64,000 bases of DNA. It comes from Octopus sinensis. Taxonomy: Eukaryota. Position 1 is the first letter of the stretch; the number at the start of each line of letters is the position of its first letter. Where the stretch lies: NCBI RefSeq assembly GCF_006345805.1, contig NC_043013.1, positions 22,258,001 to 22,322,000 on the forward strand, written 5' to 3'. The notes under the pieces are model-generated. The model ran no database searches, was not told the origin of the DNA, and worked only from the letters and a program-made list of their open reading frames with translations. A program made the translations under genes and the position numbers. Below, one piece after another: positions 1-13,163 of this stretch.

Positions 1-142
1 GGATCAGTAGCGATGATATAAACTCGTGCTGTCTTTGCTAGTGAGTTGTGTCCCTTTATACTCTGAGTTCGAATCTCGCAACGTTGAAATTCAGCGAGAT
101 TTAAACTCGTCCTCCAGAAATCAATATATATATATATATATA

Positions 143-1369
143 TAGGGTACAGTGAATAAATTGTCGTCTAAATTATGCAAAAATGAAAATAACACCAATG
201 TCTCATTTTAACAGATATATTTACCAAAACTGCATAAAAATATCTTGAAACACTAAAGAGTAAATTTATTCGCGCCCTTCCCCTCCATTGGTCAGTTGAA
301 GTTTAGACAGTGTCACGTGACAATTAGCTGGTGCTGGCTGCTGGAGCCTACCAGCGAGTATTAAAGGGAAATTTGGCCGGATGGTCAGTCGCCTGCTGAC
401 ATTCGTTGACGCTGGATCGAAGAAACCAAAGAACAAAAGAAAGAAAGAAGAAACGCACTCAACACCAGAGCTGAAGACACCTCCGAAAGGAGGGGCCCCG
501 CCACGTCGAAAACGGTAGCGGAATAGGGGCCGAAACTGGACCTGGTTCCTCTTGATGATGCCTTTAGCCATTGGATCATATAAAGGAGCTGTTGAGGTAA
601 CGAACCACGAAACGTGGTTCGAATTCCTCGCCAGTGGCTTCAGCCACGGCTTCCAGACAACTTCGGAATCTCCTGCAGTTCTTCTGGACAATCTCCTTGT
701 TTAAATTGGTGAATGCTGCCATAATCCTTGCCTTCAGTTCATCCTTAGTGTTACAAGGAGCTTTGTTGGTCTCTCACTCGACTGCGTCTCACACATAATA
801 ATCAAGGAGGTGGCTGTGTGGGGAGTTAGGTGGCCAGATGTTAGGGGGTGATGTGGTCGCAGAAATTGTATGACAGCCATGACTGGGTTCTCTTGCTTGT
901 GTGGCATGGTACAAAGTCCTGTTGCCAGACATAGGGTCTTCCGCAGCCGCCACCTTGACACAGGGCAGCACTACATCCTCCAGGCACTTGATGTAGACCT
1001 CCATGTTGAGTCTGAAGTCGTGTGGGAAGATGGATGGAAGCATAACGTGTGATTACTCCAAACACCATGATGTTGACTGGGTACTTCATTTTTATCGCTC
1101 TCCGTACATGTCTTCAAATTGCACTGTCATCATATTAACACCCAAATTTCTGCAACGTATGTATTGGAGCTTGCGGCGCGAATGCCAAGCGGTACAGCAT
1201 GTCGTCTCCAAATTTCTGGCAGAGTGAATTGCGTCATGGTGCTGTTTTTCTGACAGACGGTACCCAGCTGACCCTACTATACTGTGTAGTCGGACAAAAT
1301 CAAAAACAAAGAATGCGCCTGCGCAAAATTAAAAGCCTAAAATGGCGACAATTTATCCATCGCACCCTG
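143..1369 (-). mobile_element. Decayed Tc1/mariner element (maT/DD37D-like) with TIRs and TA flanks
   Basis: Imperfect ~26-bp TIRs ta|tagggtacagtgaataaattgtcgtc and the reverse complement of the right end, ta|cagggtgcgatggataaattgtcgcc. Minus-strand transposase fragments: VNIMVFGVIT, WQQDFVPCHTSKRTQSWL, WPPNSP..LDYYV, RFRSCLEAVAEATGEEFE. Frameshifted and interrupted at 273..621. Confidence 0.85.
273..621. repeat. Unclassified interspersed repeat, copy 1, nested in the mariner
   Basis: Interrupts the transposase end (…GEEFE*) with TTCG on both sides. Aligns with 35718..36080 in the opposite orientation. Confidence 0.75.
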
Positions 1370-1583
1370 TATAATACTAGTCATTTGATAATTACTCAAC
1401 CTATGTAAGAAAACAATGGCTGTGTGTTAAGATGATTGTTTCCCGACCACATGGTTCCGGTTTCAGTCCTACTACGTGATACCATAGGCAAATGTTTTCT
1501 TCTGTAGCCTTGGACCGATTAAAGCTTTGTGATTGGGTAACGGAAACTGAAAGAAGATTATCTTGTGTGTGTGTGTGTGTGTG

Positions 1584-1614
<31 letters not shown>

Positions 1615-3121
1615 GTGTGCGCGCGCGCGCGTGCGTGCGTGTATGCGCGTGGTAACCGCTTGAAAACCGCATGAAAACCGATGCTGGTGTGTTTACGTTC
1701 TCACAGCTCTGCGGTTCGGCAAAAACAAAAATAAAATTATGTGGACAACTTGCTTCGGGAAAGTGGAATGGTAAATGTTGACGAACTTGCACGAGGAACC
1801 GTGATGGTTGGCGTGCTCACGAGAAATCATTGAAGCGTTCGAAAGGACGGCCAAAGTAAACTATGAATATCGTAATCTTCCAGTTTCCTATCTCGAAAAC
1901 GTATTAACAACTTTAATACCATTTACGAAATTGGAACTTGCAACTTGTCCATATTTTCTAATCTTGTCACCACAAAGAATCATTTAAGCAACAACAGCGA
2001 CAAATTGAATGAAATGTTTTGAACTGAGACATAAAAAAATGCTATTAAAAAATTTATAAGTTGAAAAATGAAGCAAAATATTGAGAGAAACAAAAAAAAA
2101 CGGAAATAAAGTATGGAGAAGATATGGTAGAAAGATAATGAGGAAATCATGTAAAGTATGAGACAAGCATTGAGAGAAAGAAGAAAATATACCAAAGGCA
2201 AAGTTACCATCATAAACAGATTGTGAGAAGGAAAAATGTGAATTATGAGGCGGCCATTTTAGAAGGAGAGTGAAGAAGAAAAAATGTGCCAATTTATCAT
2301 TTATTTATCTTAAATCGATAAAATAAACACCAGTCATGTAATATAAACGATGGAGTCACTATACGGTAGATTTTTTTGCTAAAAATAAGAACCAAATTAT
2401 CCTTAGATTATAGATTGCCATTTGAAAAAGAGAACGCATCCTATAATGTAACACAAGAAAACAAAAACAAAATGGAACAGGATAGTCACATCTGGAATGT
2501 CTTTGATCAGAGATCTGAACGAGCTGGGCTTACCTGCGGTTAATCAATAACGGAAAGAAAATGTAAATTGATTTTTCGATACTACAACTTTAAAAAGAAA
2601 AGCTTAAGAAAACATGGTAGTTAATTCCATCTTATCATTGAGTTGCTGTTGGCTTATTTTCCGTTAGGAATTAGATGTTTATTCTTACTAACAAGGTTTT
2701 GATGAAATTGTTGCAAAATTAAAAACAGAAAGAGAAGGGAAGAAAGAAAAGATCCACTATAGTTATCTATATTTAATTAATGGTCCATACAGTAAATATG
2801 TTAATATTAACTTAATAAAACATTGCTTTTTTTATGCGGATGGTGTCTCTAAATATTTTCATTTTTTCCTGCGTCAACCTTTCAGCAATCTTATACATTT
2901 ACCTAGCGATTCTTTTATCCCTACTTTGGGAAACATGGTGAGGGCTATGTTTTGCTAATAAAGTCAGTATAGGTCTGAAATATGGCTAGATTTGTCTCCC
3001 ATGCTTGCTAGAAAAATTAAAATTATAATAATCATACACATGCTTGCTTCGCGCCACATAATTAACTTTTTAAGGCTTCCTGCAATAAATAATTTTCTCT
3101 TATCTCACTACTGTTTAATAT

Positions 3122-3220
<99 letters not shown>

Positions 3221-3225
3221 ATATC

Positions 3226-3261
<36 letters not shown>

Positions 3262-3741
3262 CATAAATACATACATGCATGCATGCATACATACATACAT
3301 CATACATACATACATACATACATACATACATACATACATACATGCATACATACATAAAGGTTAGTAGATTTAGAGGTTAGAATAACCGTCTAAGGGATAC
3401 AAAATATCTGTTATACTACCGGTATAATGACCTATGTTAACCCTGGACATAGAAATGCAAGCATATTACGGTCATAGGTTACAGGTAATGACAAAGATAA
3501 ACTTGAGTTTATCAGGAATCGAATTTAAAGAAAACAGAATGGAGAAAATATTAATCAACAACAATTGAATTACATCAATTATTATTTTTTAAGTCAATAC
3601 CAATAGTCTGTATCCTATCTGACACCTGTTTCTGCTTCCAATGTTATATTGCATTGCCATTGAAAATTCTGAAAATAATATTCATCATATTTGGTGATAC
3701 ATCCGATCTGGAACATGGATCTTCATCAGAGTGAAGAAAAA

Positions 3742-4247
3742 TCTATATATATAAAACTGTAGTTGTGTGAGTGTCTGTCCCCTTCGATTTAGATTCCTAA
3801 CTACTCCCACATTTTGCGGTGCAGTTTAACCAAATTCGGGTATCTTATAGTCGTGATTCATATCGAGCCCGTCTGAGAATTAGCGCGCGTCTACGATGAG
3901 TCTACGATTTTAAAAATAATTTAACATCATTTTTTATTCCATTTTAATGCATAATTTTTCGTGTGTCGATGGCGGCGAGTTGGCGCCCATGGTCACACCT
4001 GCACCTGTTTGCTTCTCCCCCTTCTTTCCTCCCTCGTGAAGCTGTGGGAAGGGAGTGTAAGGAAATCAACGTCGTAAAGCGTTGTCAAGAGACCAGCGTT
4101 CTTTTAGAACAACGACTTCATGGCTTGAAGACACCAAAACAGAAATGGCTAAGAAAGCCCGAATTGGCATCTAAAGGAAGTAACTCTCTAAAATGCTTAT
4201 ATAGTTTTTCCCTTACAAACCCGAGCAACGCCGGGCGATACTGCTAG
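3742..4247 (+). mobile_element. Non-autonomous Helitron
   Basis: Inserted between A and T. 5' end TCTATATATATAAAAC; subterminal hairpin cccgagcaacgccggg; 3' end CTAG. Confidence 0.85.
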
Positions 4248-4794
4248 TACATATATAAAAGAAAAGAAAAGAAAAGCAAAGAAGAAGAGCCTCGAGGGAA
4301 AGATGAAAGGCGTTCGTCTTCCTCTCGTTCTAAGTCAATTCTTGTTGATCAATGTTTCTCCATTTTCTCTTTACTTTAAATGTGTGGTGTGTGTGTGTGC
4401 GTGTGTGTGTATAATTCCTTTATTAGCGCAATTTTGGCTTACACCAATTTCCAATTGAGGTAAATTGAACAGACCATTTGAGTAAACATATCGGCAACGT
4501 ACTTCTAATGCTTACTGGAAACAGCTGTAAGCTAAATTTACTCCAGCAGTGAAGGAAAAATAAGTAATAACCATTATTTAAAACTTGTTTCTTATATATC
4601 ACACTGCGTAAAGACCAATTTGTCTGGACCCCATCCAGATTTACAATATAGAACTGTGATGAACTACAACTTGGGACCCTACCAAAAAAGATTACCTGGA
4701 GTTCTTCACTAATCTAAGAAATATTGTTAGTCTGGTGTACCAACAGAAAGCTTACGAAGTATTTGGCCCGAATTGATAATCCCTCACTATTGTT

Positions 4795-4867
<73 letters not shown>

Positions 4868-5563
4868 TCCAAATAATTCAAATAATTCAAATTTTATATG
4901 TAACCTTATTTTTTTTTTCTGTCTTTCACAGGAACATTTAAGGGTTCGGGTTTTAGTGCTTACTTTGTATTTGGTTTCAACCCTTATATCCCGCTGAAGC
5001 CACTTCGTGAAACCACAAGTCCATCAAGAATGAGGTGTGCCTCAATTTGTCAGCGCGAGCAGATATGTGTTGCTTTTGCCTACTCAAATAACTCTCAAAA
5101 GCTTTGTGATCTCTACACATTCAATTATTGAAGAAATTTACTTTGCTCACAGATAATTCGCCTGATTTCTATTTTCCAAATAAACAGTTTCTCGGCACAA
5201 ATTTTTACATTTTTTCTTTCTTTTCTTTTATTTTTCACGCTTTCTTCTCTTCATCAACCTTTCCATCACTTTTTCTTTTCTTTCCTCTCTTGGCCTTCCT
5301 TCTTTCTTTTTCTTCCTTCTTTTCAATTTCTTACATTTCCCTCTTCTTTCTGTTTCCTTCCTTTCATGTTTTTTTTTATTTCCTTTTTAGTTTCTTTCTC
5401 GTTCTCTTTCTTTCTTTTCTCTCTTTTTCTTTTTCTGTTTTGGTTTTCTTGCACCAATAATTTTGTTATTATTGACGATGTAACTTCGAAATAAACATAA
5501 ACTTTTTAATTTTCTCCATGAAAACATCTTTCTGAGTCTTTTCTCTGTTTGTCAGGTAAAAGG

Positions 5564-5627
<64 letters not shown>

Positions 5628-6139
5628 TTCACACACTCTCATACACACTCATTCACTCTTTCTCTCTCACTTCCTCTCTCTCACTTCCTCTCTCTCTTTC
5701 TTTCTCCCCTTCCTTCTTTCTTCTCTTCTATCTTTATTTTCTTCCTCCCCCCATCTCTCTGTTACACACATCAAATATGAGATAAAACCTCTGATGTAAG
5801 TAAACAGTCCTTGTGATGTGCCGTTTTTTCACGATGCAAACTGGAGACAGAGGAGACTAAGATAAGGAATTGGCAGGACCCAGGGTGAGAGCCGACCTAC
5901 TGACTCACATCCCCGTTAACGAAACCACATCTCACTATAGCACAGAGCCACAAACCATGTAACACTTACCTGGTGACATTGCAATTTACACTGAAAATAT
6001 TGAAAACCTTTGTTGAATAGGATCGAAATAAATTTGATCGGAAACATTTGAACGAAAAATAATTGATCGAATTAACAATAATATGATAATGTATGAATTC
6101 GAGCAGCAGGTTCAATTCATACGAAGACCTCCTCACAAT

Positions 6140-6450
6140 TTTTTTCTACTCTAGGCGCAAGGCCCTAAATTTTGGGGGAGGGGGACTAGTCAATTAGATC
6201 GACCCCAGTACGCGACAGGTACTTGATTTATCGACCCCGAATGGATAAAAGGCAAAGTCGACCTCGGCGGAATTTGAACTCAGAACGTAACGGGAGACGA
6301 AATACCTATTTCTTTACTACCCACAGAGAATTCTTTTCTACTTTAGGCACAAGGCCTGAAATATTGAGGGAAGGGAATGAGTCGATTACATCGACCCAGT
6401 GCACAACTGGTACTTACTTTGTCGACTCTGAAGGAATGAAAGGCAAAGTC
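6140..6450 (-). mobile_element. Meta-domain-type tRNA SINE copies (two tandem fragments)
   Basis: Reverse complement carries gagttcaaattccgccgaggtcgactttgcc..ttcggggtcgataaatcaagtacc. Confidence 0.75.
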
Positions 6451-6949
6451 TTTCCTTCTTCTTCACGTTCTGAGTTTAAATTTCGCCCGTTCTATATAAA
6501 CATGCATAATAAAAATGCAATCCAAATCTATTGTTTGGATTGCCACGGCTGGAACAGCTCCGTGTTATTCAATATTACTGGAAATTATTGAAACACGGGA
6601 ATATGTTGATAAATAAAAGGAAAGTGTTACTAAAAGCACATAGCTTGTTCGAAATAACGGATTTACGCAGAATTGGGGAGATTCCTTGAAACAAATTGGC
6701 CACCAACTGGGTTCTTCAGTTCCAAGACAACGTCACGTATTTTTCAAAATATTTACGTATCCACATTACATACATACATACATAGATACATACATACATA
6801 CATACATACATACATACATACATACATACATACATACATACATACATACATACATACATACACACATTAATACAAAGAGTGGAAAGTTAGGCATATTTTT
6901 TATTCCATGTTACACGTGTTATTATGACTATAAATGTTTATGACTATGA

Positions 6950-7268
6950 AGAAGAAGAAGAAGAAGAAGAAGAAAGAAGAAGAAGAAAGAAGAGAAGAAG
7001 AAGAAGAAGAAAGAAGAGAGAAGAAGGAAGAAGAAGAAGAAGAAGAAGAAGAAGAGAAGAAGAAAGAAGAAGAAGAAGAAGAAGAAGAAGAAGAAGAACG
7101 AAGAAGAAGAAGAAGAAGAAGAAGAAGAAGAAGGAAGAAGAAGAAGGAAGAAGAAGAAGAGAAGAAGAAGAAAAGAAGACAGAAGAAGAAGAAGAAGAAG
7201 AAGAAGAAAAGAAGAAGAAGAGAAGAAGAAGAAGAAGAAAGAAGAAGAAGAAGAAGAAGAAGAAGAGA
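6950..7268. repeat. (GAA)n compound microsatellite
   Basis: Seen directly in the sequence. Confidence 0.95.
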
Positions 7269-7269
7269 A

Positions 7270-7430
7270 CCCTGATGCAGTACCAGGCAGTTGCTCTCAT
7301 GGCTTCTGATCTTAACTGATTGGAAGTGGTATGATGTACATTGTTTTGTCTTGGTATAAAAGACGGGGCCACAGCAAATATTCTGCTCAATGCCACAGAT
7401 TTGCTTGTCACTTGTTTCTGCCAGCTCGCC
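7270..7430 (+). mobile_element. Fragment of the same putative LINE 3'UTR family as 37575..38935
   Basis: tacattgttttgtcttggtataaaagacggggccacagcaaatattctgctcaatgccacagatttgcttgtca matches the reverse complement of the duplicated unit. It abuts a (GAA)n tract. Confidence 0.65.
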
Positions 7431-7535
7431 GCCTTCCAATCTTCCAATATTAATTACATAATTACAGTGTCAATATATTGCTTCACAGACCGCAAGCATT
7501 GTGTGTATGTGGTGTGTGTGTTTGTACATATATGT

Positions 7536-7604
<69 letters not shown>

Positions 7605-7605
<1 letters not shown>

Positions 7606-8691
7606 GAGAAAGAAGAAAGCAACAAGAATGGATTAGTTTTTAGTACAATTTTTCATACAAAGACAGGCTTTATTAAAAGCTGCAAATATTGCAGCAAATA
7701 CAAGTGTCCCGTACTCATCAGCTAAAACACATATGAGTTCTCCAAACATCTTAGGGGTGAGGCTACACTCATGAAGTATCGGAGATAATTTTATAAAAGC
7801 AAATTCAGGTTGTAAGCGGACTTCTAAAGTCTTTATTAATGATGATGCACAGTCTTATCACAGGTTTTAAAAAAGCTTATTAGCTTCACAGAGAAGATGA
7901 ATCAATCCATAATGTAGGTGCAAATTTCCAGAGATATGAGGAGATATTTCATACTCACAGACGATGAATCTATCCATGACTAATCCACAATGAGGTGGGT
8001 ATAATTTCATGCTATATGATAAGATACTTGTCACACTACTGTTCCCTTCACAAAACTGCTATGTTAGAATTTCTAAAAGCTGAAGGAATTTTGTGGAGCA
8101 AAGAAAAGAAAAGAAAAGAAAAAAAGAAGAAAAGAAAAAAGAAAAGAAAGAAAGAAAAAGAAAAAGAAGAGGAGGAAAAAAATAAAAAAAACGCCCACAT
8201 AGAGTATACTGGGACAACTGAGAGGGAAGGGGTCGCAGGTATCCCCCTACACAGAAAAGTCTCTCTCTGTGGAGACGGGCAGACTGGCTTAGAATTTGAA
8301 GGAATCTAAGAATTATAAAGGAGAACATTATTTTTGACCAGTATACAGCTACTAATTGCCAATCCGACGGAGCTAAAGCAGATATGAGAATTTAAAGAGA
8401 ACAGGGGAAGGGATAGAGGGGTCAAAGGCTATCATTAGAGGGAAATACATTAAGAGAAATAAGTGCAATACTAGAAGGAGGTCATTTAATTAATTTATTT
8501 ATTATTGTTATTGTTTATATTGCTGTTACTGTCTATACATAAAAAACTAATCCATTCTTGTTGCTTTTTTCTCGTTTATAATCACCCCACATTACTGTAT
8601 GGTTAATACCATATAGTTTTCTGGTGCATCTAAGTTAAGTACCGCATTCAAGTGAATTCATTAGAACTGACTTGAATCTTAATTGCTTTTA

Positions 8692-8697
<6 letters not shown>
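7605..8697. mobile_element. Penelope-like remnant with inverted terminal segments and a hammerhead motif
   Basis: 7605..7645 is inverted relative to 8541..8575. Minus-strand HHR core at 7635..7729. The right segment recurs at 51710..51875. It sits in (TA)n. Confidence 0.6.
7635..7729 (-). ncRNA. Putative hammerhead ribozyme with long stem II
   Basis: gttttag-CUGAUGA-guacgggac…(gcugcaauauuugcagc)…gucuuuguau-GAAA-aauu-GUA-cuaaaa. Stem I and stem II pair by eye. The C after GAAA appears lost. Confidence 0.6.
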
Positions 8698-8728
<31 letters not shown>

Positions 8729-8732
<4 letters not shown>

Positions 8733-8842
8733 CTGCTCGCTTACCCAGTGGGGTGGCGTCATTTGAAGGCTAAACCAATGCGAAGCGCATTGTGACCAGC
8801 GATGTGTAGCAACATCTGATGGTCTGGTCGGTCACGTGATAT

Positions 8843-8913
<71 letters not shown>

Positions 8914-9188
8914 ATACATATAATGTTCCTTCTCAAACCATGCCAGGCTCATAAGGGCCGGCTTCCCGGTTTCAGTGGCGTAGAAATTCCCCACCTGGAA
9001 GGGACGTCGGTCCGTCGCAGGATTACTCATCTTTGCCAGCTGAGTGGACTGGAGCAACGTGAAATGAAGTGTCTTGCTCAAGAACAGAACGCATCGCCCG
9101 GTCCAGGAATCGAAACCACAATCTTACAATCATGAGTTCAACACCCTAACCACTAAGCCACGTGCCTCCACATGCATACATATATATG

Positions 9189-9225
<37 letters not shown>

Positions 9226-9371
9226 ATCTATATATTATATATATATATATATACATATATCACGTGACCGACTAGGCTATCAGATGTTGCTACACATCGC
9301 TGGTCACAATGCGCTTCGCATTGCTTTAGCCTTCAAATAACGCCACCCCGCTGGCTAGGCGAGCAGGCTAA
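8729..9371. mobile_element. Foldback/MITE with ~110-bp TIRs, TA-flanked, carrying an internal SINE
   Basis: 8729..8840 (gcctgctcgc…ggtcggtcacgtg) is the reverse complement of 9262..9371 (cacgtgaccgact…gcgagcaggctaa). Confidence 0.8.
8915..9170 (-). mobile_element. tRNA-derived SINE with V-domain-like segment
   Basis: Reverse complement has A box tggcttagtgg, B box ggtttcgattcc, then gttcttgagcaagacactt and ctgcgacggaccgacgtcccttccagg, which resembles the V-SINE domain. Confidence 0.65.
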
Positions 9372-9419
9372 TATACACATATATAGATACATATATACAC
9401 ACACACGCACACGCACGCA

Positions 9420-9477
<58 letters not shown>

Positions 9478-9714
9478 GCGTGTGTGTGTGGGCGCAGGTG
9501 CGCGCGTAATAGTGCAGCTGTCCTCAGTGCCACAGCTCTGGTGTCATATTTCATTTGTCGTTCAGTTATTTGAGTTGTGATAATGCGATATGTCATCTCT
9601 GTCATAACATGATTCGGTAGTTTTGTAACGAGGTCACACACACACACACACACACACACACGCGCGTGTATAGATGTGCTTGTGTGCGTGTGTGCGTGCG
9701 CCTGTGTGTGTGTG

Positions 9715-9758
<44 letters not shown>

Positions 9759-9797
9759 AGCACTACACGTAAATGTATGTGAGTGTGTGTGGTTAGA

Positions 9798-9830
<33 letters not shown>

Positions 9831-10156
9831 TTCCCTTCTGTTTTGCAAACATTCGGAGGTTCTTTCCCACAGCGCAAGGTCATTTTAAAGCAAGGGAGTT
9901 AATAGGGAAAAAAAAAAAAACGAATTGGCTGTAAGATTAGAGTAACTGCCCTTGGTTTTGTCAGTGTTACATTTCCCCCGACCGTGTGATTTGATAAACG
10001 GTCAACACTTGACGATGGCTGGATGTCATTCAAACATTTCACGTGGGAATTTTCCTTCGTCTGGCAAATTTTAGGAGATTACCAACTTTAGTCACATTAT
10101 TAGTGACGTGAACTGCCTGGAGACATATTTTGAGGAAAAAAATAAGCAATAATAAC

Positions 10157-10428
10157 ATGATGGGAGAAAGTTTAGGCGATCAAATGTGGCATCTGTTAAT
10201 TAGTCTGTCAGAAGACCATTCTGCCCGTGTAATGGCATCGTTGATGGCGGGTTCCTTTTTCAAACATTGTATATCGGTCTGGTTCCATCGAAATCGATGT
10301 AATTATTTTGTTACTGTAGGAAGGGTGTCTGCTATATTTTGTTACCCGGTGAAATCTTGTCGTTGGTTGTCCGTCGAAAGGGCGTGGTGCACCCGTTTGG
10401 GGATTTCTTACAAGGACGTCGGTGACAG
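10157..10428 (+). CDS. MTARC: mARC coding exon 1
   Basis: MMGESLGD...VGRVSAIFCYPVKSCRWLSVERAWCTRLGISYKDVGD-R. Donor GACAG|gtaaag, phase 2. ATG choice (10157, 10160 or a later Met) is uncertain. Confidence 0.85.
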
Positions 10429-11684
10429 GTAAAGCCTTTCTCATTACACTTTTTCCCCTGCAATATATTCATATTTAACCTCGGCTAAACAACAACTTAC
10501 GATCTCGCTCTTTTATTGAGGATAAATTCAGTTTACGTAATCAACAGCTGTGAGTCATTATCTGAAGTGAAAACAAGAAAAATATTATCTAAGTTGCCCT
10601 ATTTCAATGTTTTCTCCGAAAATCTTAATCTTAAATTGTATTTATATGCTTAATATATAAGTAATACGTGTATTTATTACGTTAATTGCCTCCAATTTAA
10701 AGATTACACGCACATGTACGTTTGCCGATCGGAATTAATTTCAGGCTTAGTGAAAAAAAAAAAATATAGAGCAAGTGTATCGACTCTACTCGTAACTTCA
10801 TACCCTTCTGGTTTAGTCTTTTCTTTGTGTTTTCTTTTCTTTTTTATATAATGTCAACATTTGTCTTGTTTTGTACTTTTCGAATGAAGTCCCATGTGAT
10901 ATTTTTTCTGCACCGAATTTCATTCCCTTGTCGCTTTTGCTGTCAGAAACACAGCGAGTCAGTAACTGCCCTGAGAGAAATCTGTTACGAACAGAACTGC
11001 TGTTCACTAATTGCAATGTTCGAAATCTCAAGTACCTGTTATAGGGAGATAATTATTTTATCTAACAAAACCAAGTCGAACTATAAACACTGTAAAGCAT
11101 TCTGCCCGATATTCTCTCAATTCTATAATTCTTTTTGATGATATCATTAATGTTTTGAATATTCTGCAAAATATCGGCCAAATACGCAATGGCATTTGAC
11201 TTCCCTCCTTTCAAATTTGCTGATCTTCTGCTTAAACCCGAAACAATTGTTTTCATTACGGCAACGAACTGGCGGAATCGTTTGCCAGGCATGATGCTTG
11301 GTGGAATTTCGTTCAAATTCTGCTGAAGTTGACTTTGTTTTTCGTTCATTCGAGGTCGATAAAAAAAAGTACCAGTTGATCACTGGAGTCGATGTTACCT
11401 ACTTACCCCCTCCCCCAAAACTGCTGGCCTTGTGGCCGGAATTTGAAACCATTGTTATTATGGCAGCAATTCGGCAGCAATTCTTAGCACACTGGACAAA
11501 ATGCAGCATTTTGTCTGTCTTTATGTTTTAAGCTGGAATTCTGCCGGGGTTGACTTTGCCTTTCTTCTTTTCAAGGGTCAATAAAATAAGAACCAGTTAA
11601 GCACTGGGGTTGATGTAACAGACTTGTCACCAACACCACCACAAAACGTTAGGCCTTGTAACCAGAGTAGAAAGGATTGTTAGA

Positions 11685-11718
<34 letters not shown>

Positions 11719-11932
11719 GAAGGTGGTGAGCTGGACGAAATGCTTAGCAGTATTTTGCCCATCACTGCATTCTGAGTTCAAATTCTGCCACGGTCGACTT
11801 TACCTTTCATCCTCTTAGGGTCGATAAATTAAGTACCAGCTGAATACTGGGAGTTTAAGGAATCGACTAGTCCCCTCCCCTCAAATCTGAGGCCTTGTGC
11901 CTCCAGTAGAAAGGATTATAATAATAATAATA

Positions 11933-11966
<34 letters not shown>

Positions 11967-13091
11967 GGGCAGTGTGTTGACAGAAACATTAGCACGCCGG
12001 GCGAAATGCTTAGCGGTATTTTGTCTGCCGCTACGTTCTGAGTTCAAATTCAATCGAGGTCAACTTTGCCTTTCATCCTTTCGGGGTCGATTAAATAAGT
12101 ACCAGTTACGCACTGGAGTCTATATAATTGACTTAATCCATAGGGCTGTCCTTGTTTAGCCCCTGTGGGTAGTAAAGAAATAGGTATTTCATCTGCCTTT
12201 ACATTGTGAGTTCAAATTCCACTGAGATTGACTTTGCCTTTCATCCTTTCGGGGGTCATTGAAGTAAGTACCAGTTGAGTACTGAGGTCAATGTAATTGG
12301 CTATCCCCGCCCCGCCAAATTTCAGCTCTTGTGCTTTTAGTAGAAACGATTATTATTATTATTACCTGGATGGTGAAGATCCAATTTTAGAAAATATATA
12401 AGATTATTTATTTATTTTTTTATTTATTTATTTTTACCCTCCTGCTCAATAATTTTGTTTCCAGGCAGTGGATGTTTGTACGTCCCAACAACGCCTTCCT
12501 GTCTCAGCGGCAAGAACCCAAAATGTCTTTGATCACGCCTAATGTGGACGAGGAAGATTGCTTACAGCTTGAGGCACCAGAAATGAAACCTTTACGCTTA
12601 CCAAAGAAATCTAAGAATCAAAATAAAAACATCATTTTATGCAGGTATAATACAAGTTTATATTTTTTAATGCTTCCCCTTTTTGATATTGTGAAAAAAT
12701 ATATTTTGAATGATCCAAATCTCCTTCCCATGTGTTTTGGCTTGCAAGGCAGATTGATTGATATTTCAATAATTCTTCTTCTTCTTCTTCTTCTTCTTCT
12801 TCTTCTTCTTCTTCTTCTTCTTCTTCTTCTTCTTCTTCTGTTGGAATGCTTTACTCTAAGAGTATTATAATTGACATTGATTTATGATGCCAGAAACAGT
12901 ATATTCTATGTATTCTGTAATTCTACATACATCTGCATAACTGTGGAGCATTATATATAGAACTTGTTATACAAACCATGGCATATTCACAGATCAATGA
13001 ACAAGAAACATATCAAAGTAGAGTAATATATGTTTATAATATCAATATAACCAGTTATTATAATATAAATAGTATCAATTATACACATAAC

Positions 13092-13163
<72 letters not shown>

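Noticed and set aside
3695-3735. CTGATGA on the minus strand with a gatc/gatc stem
   Set aside because: The GAAA half of the hammerhead core is absent, so it is too degenerate to call.
6900-7447. Poly-E/K/R ORFs
   Set aside because: (GAA)n microsatellite artefact.
9920-10115. CCAAT, E-box and CRE-like words upstream of mARC
   Set aside because: Short motifs expected by chance, and the transcription start is unknown.
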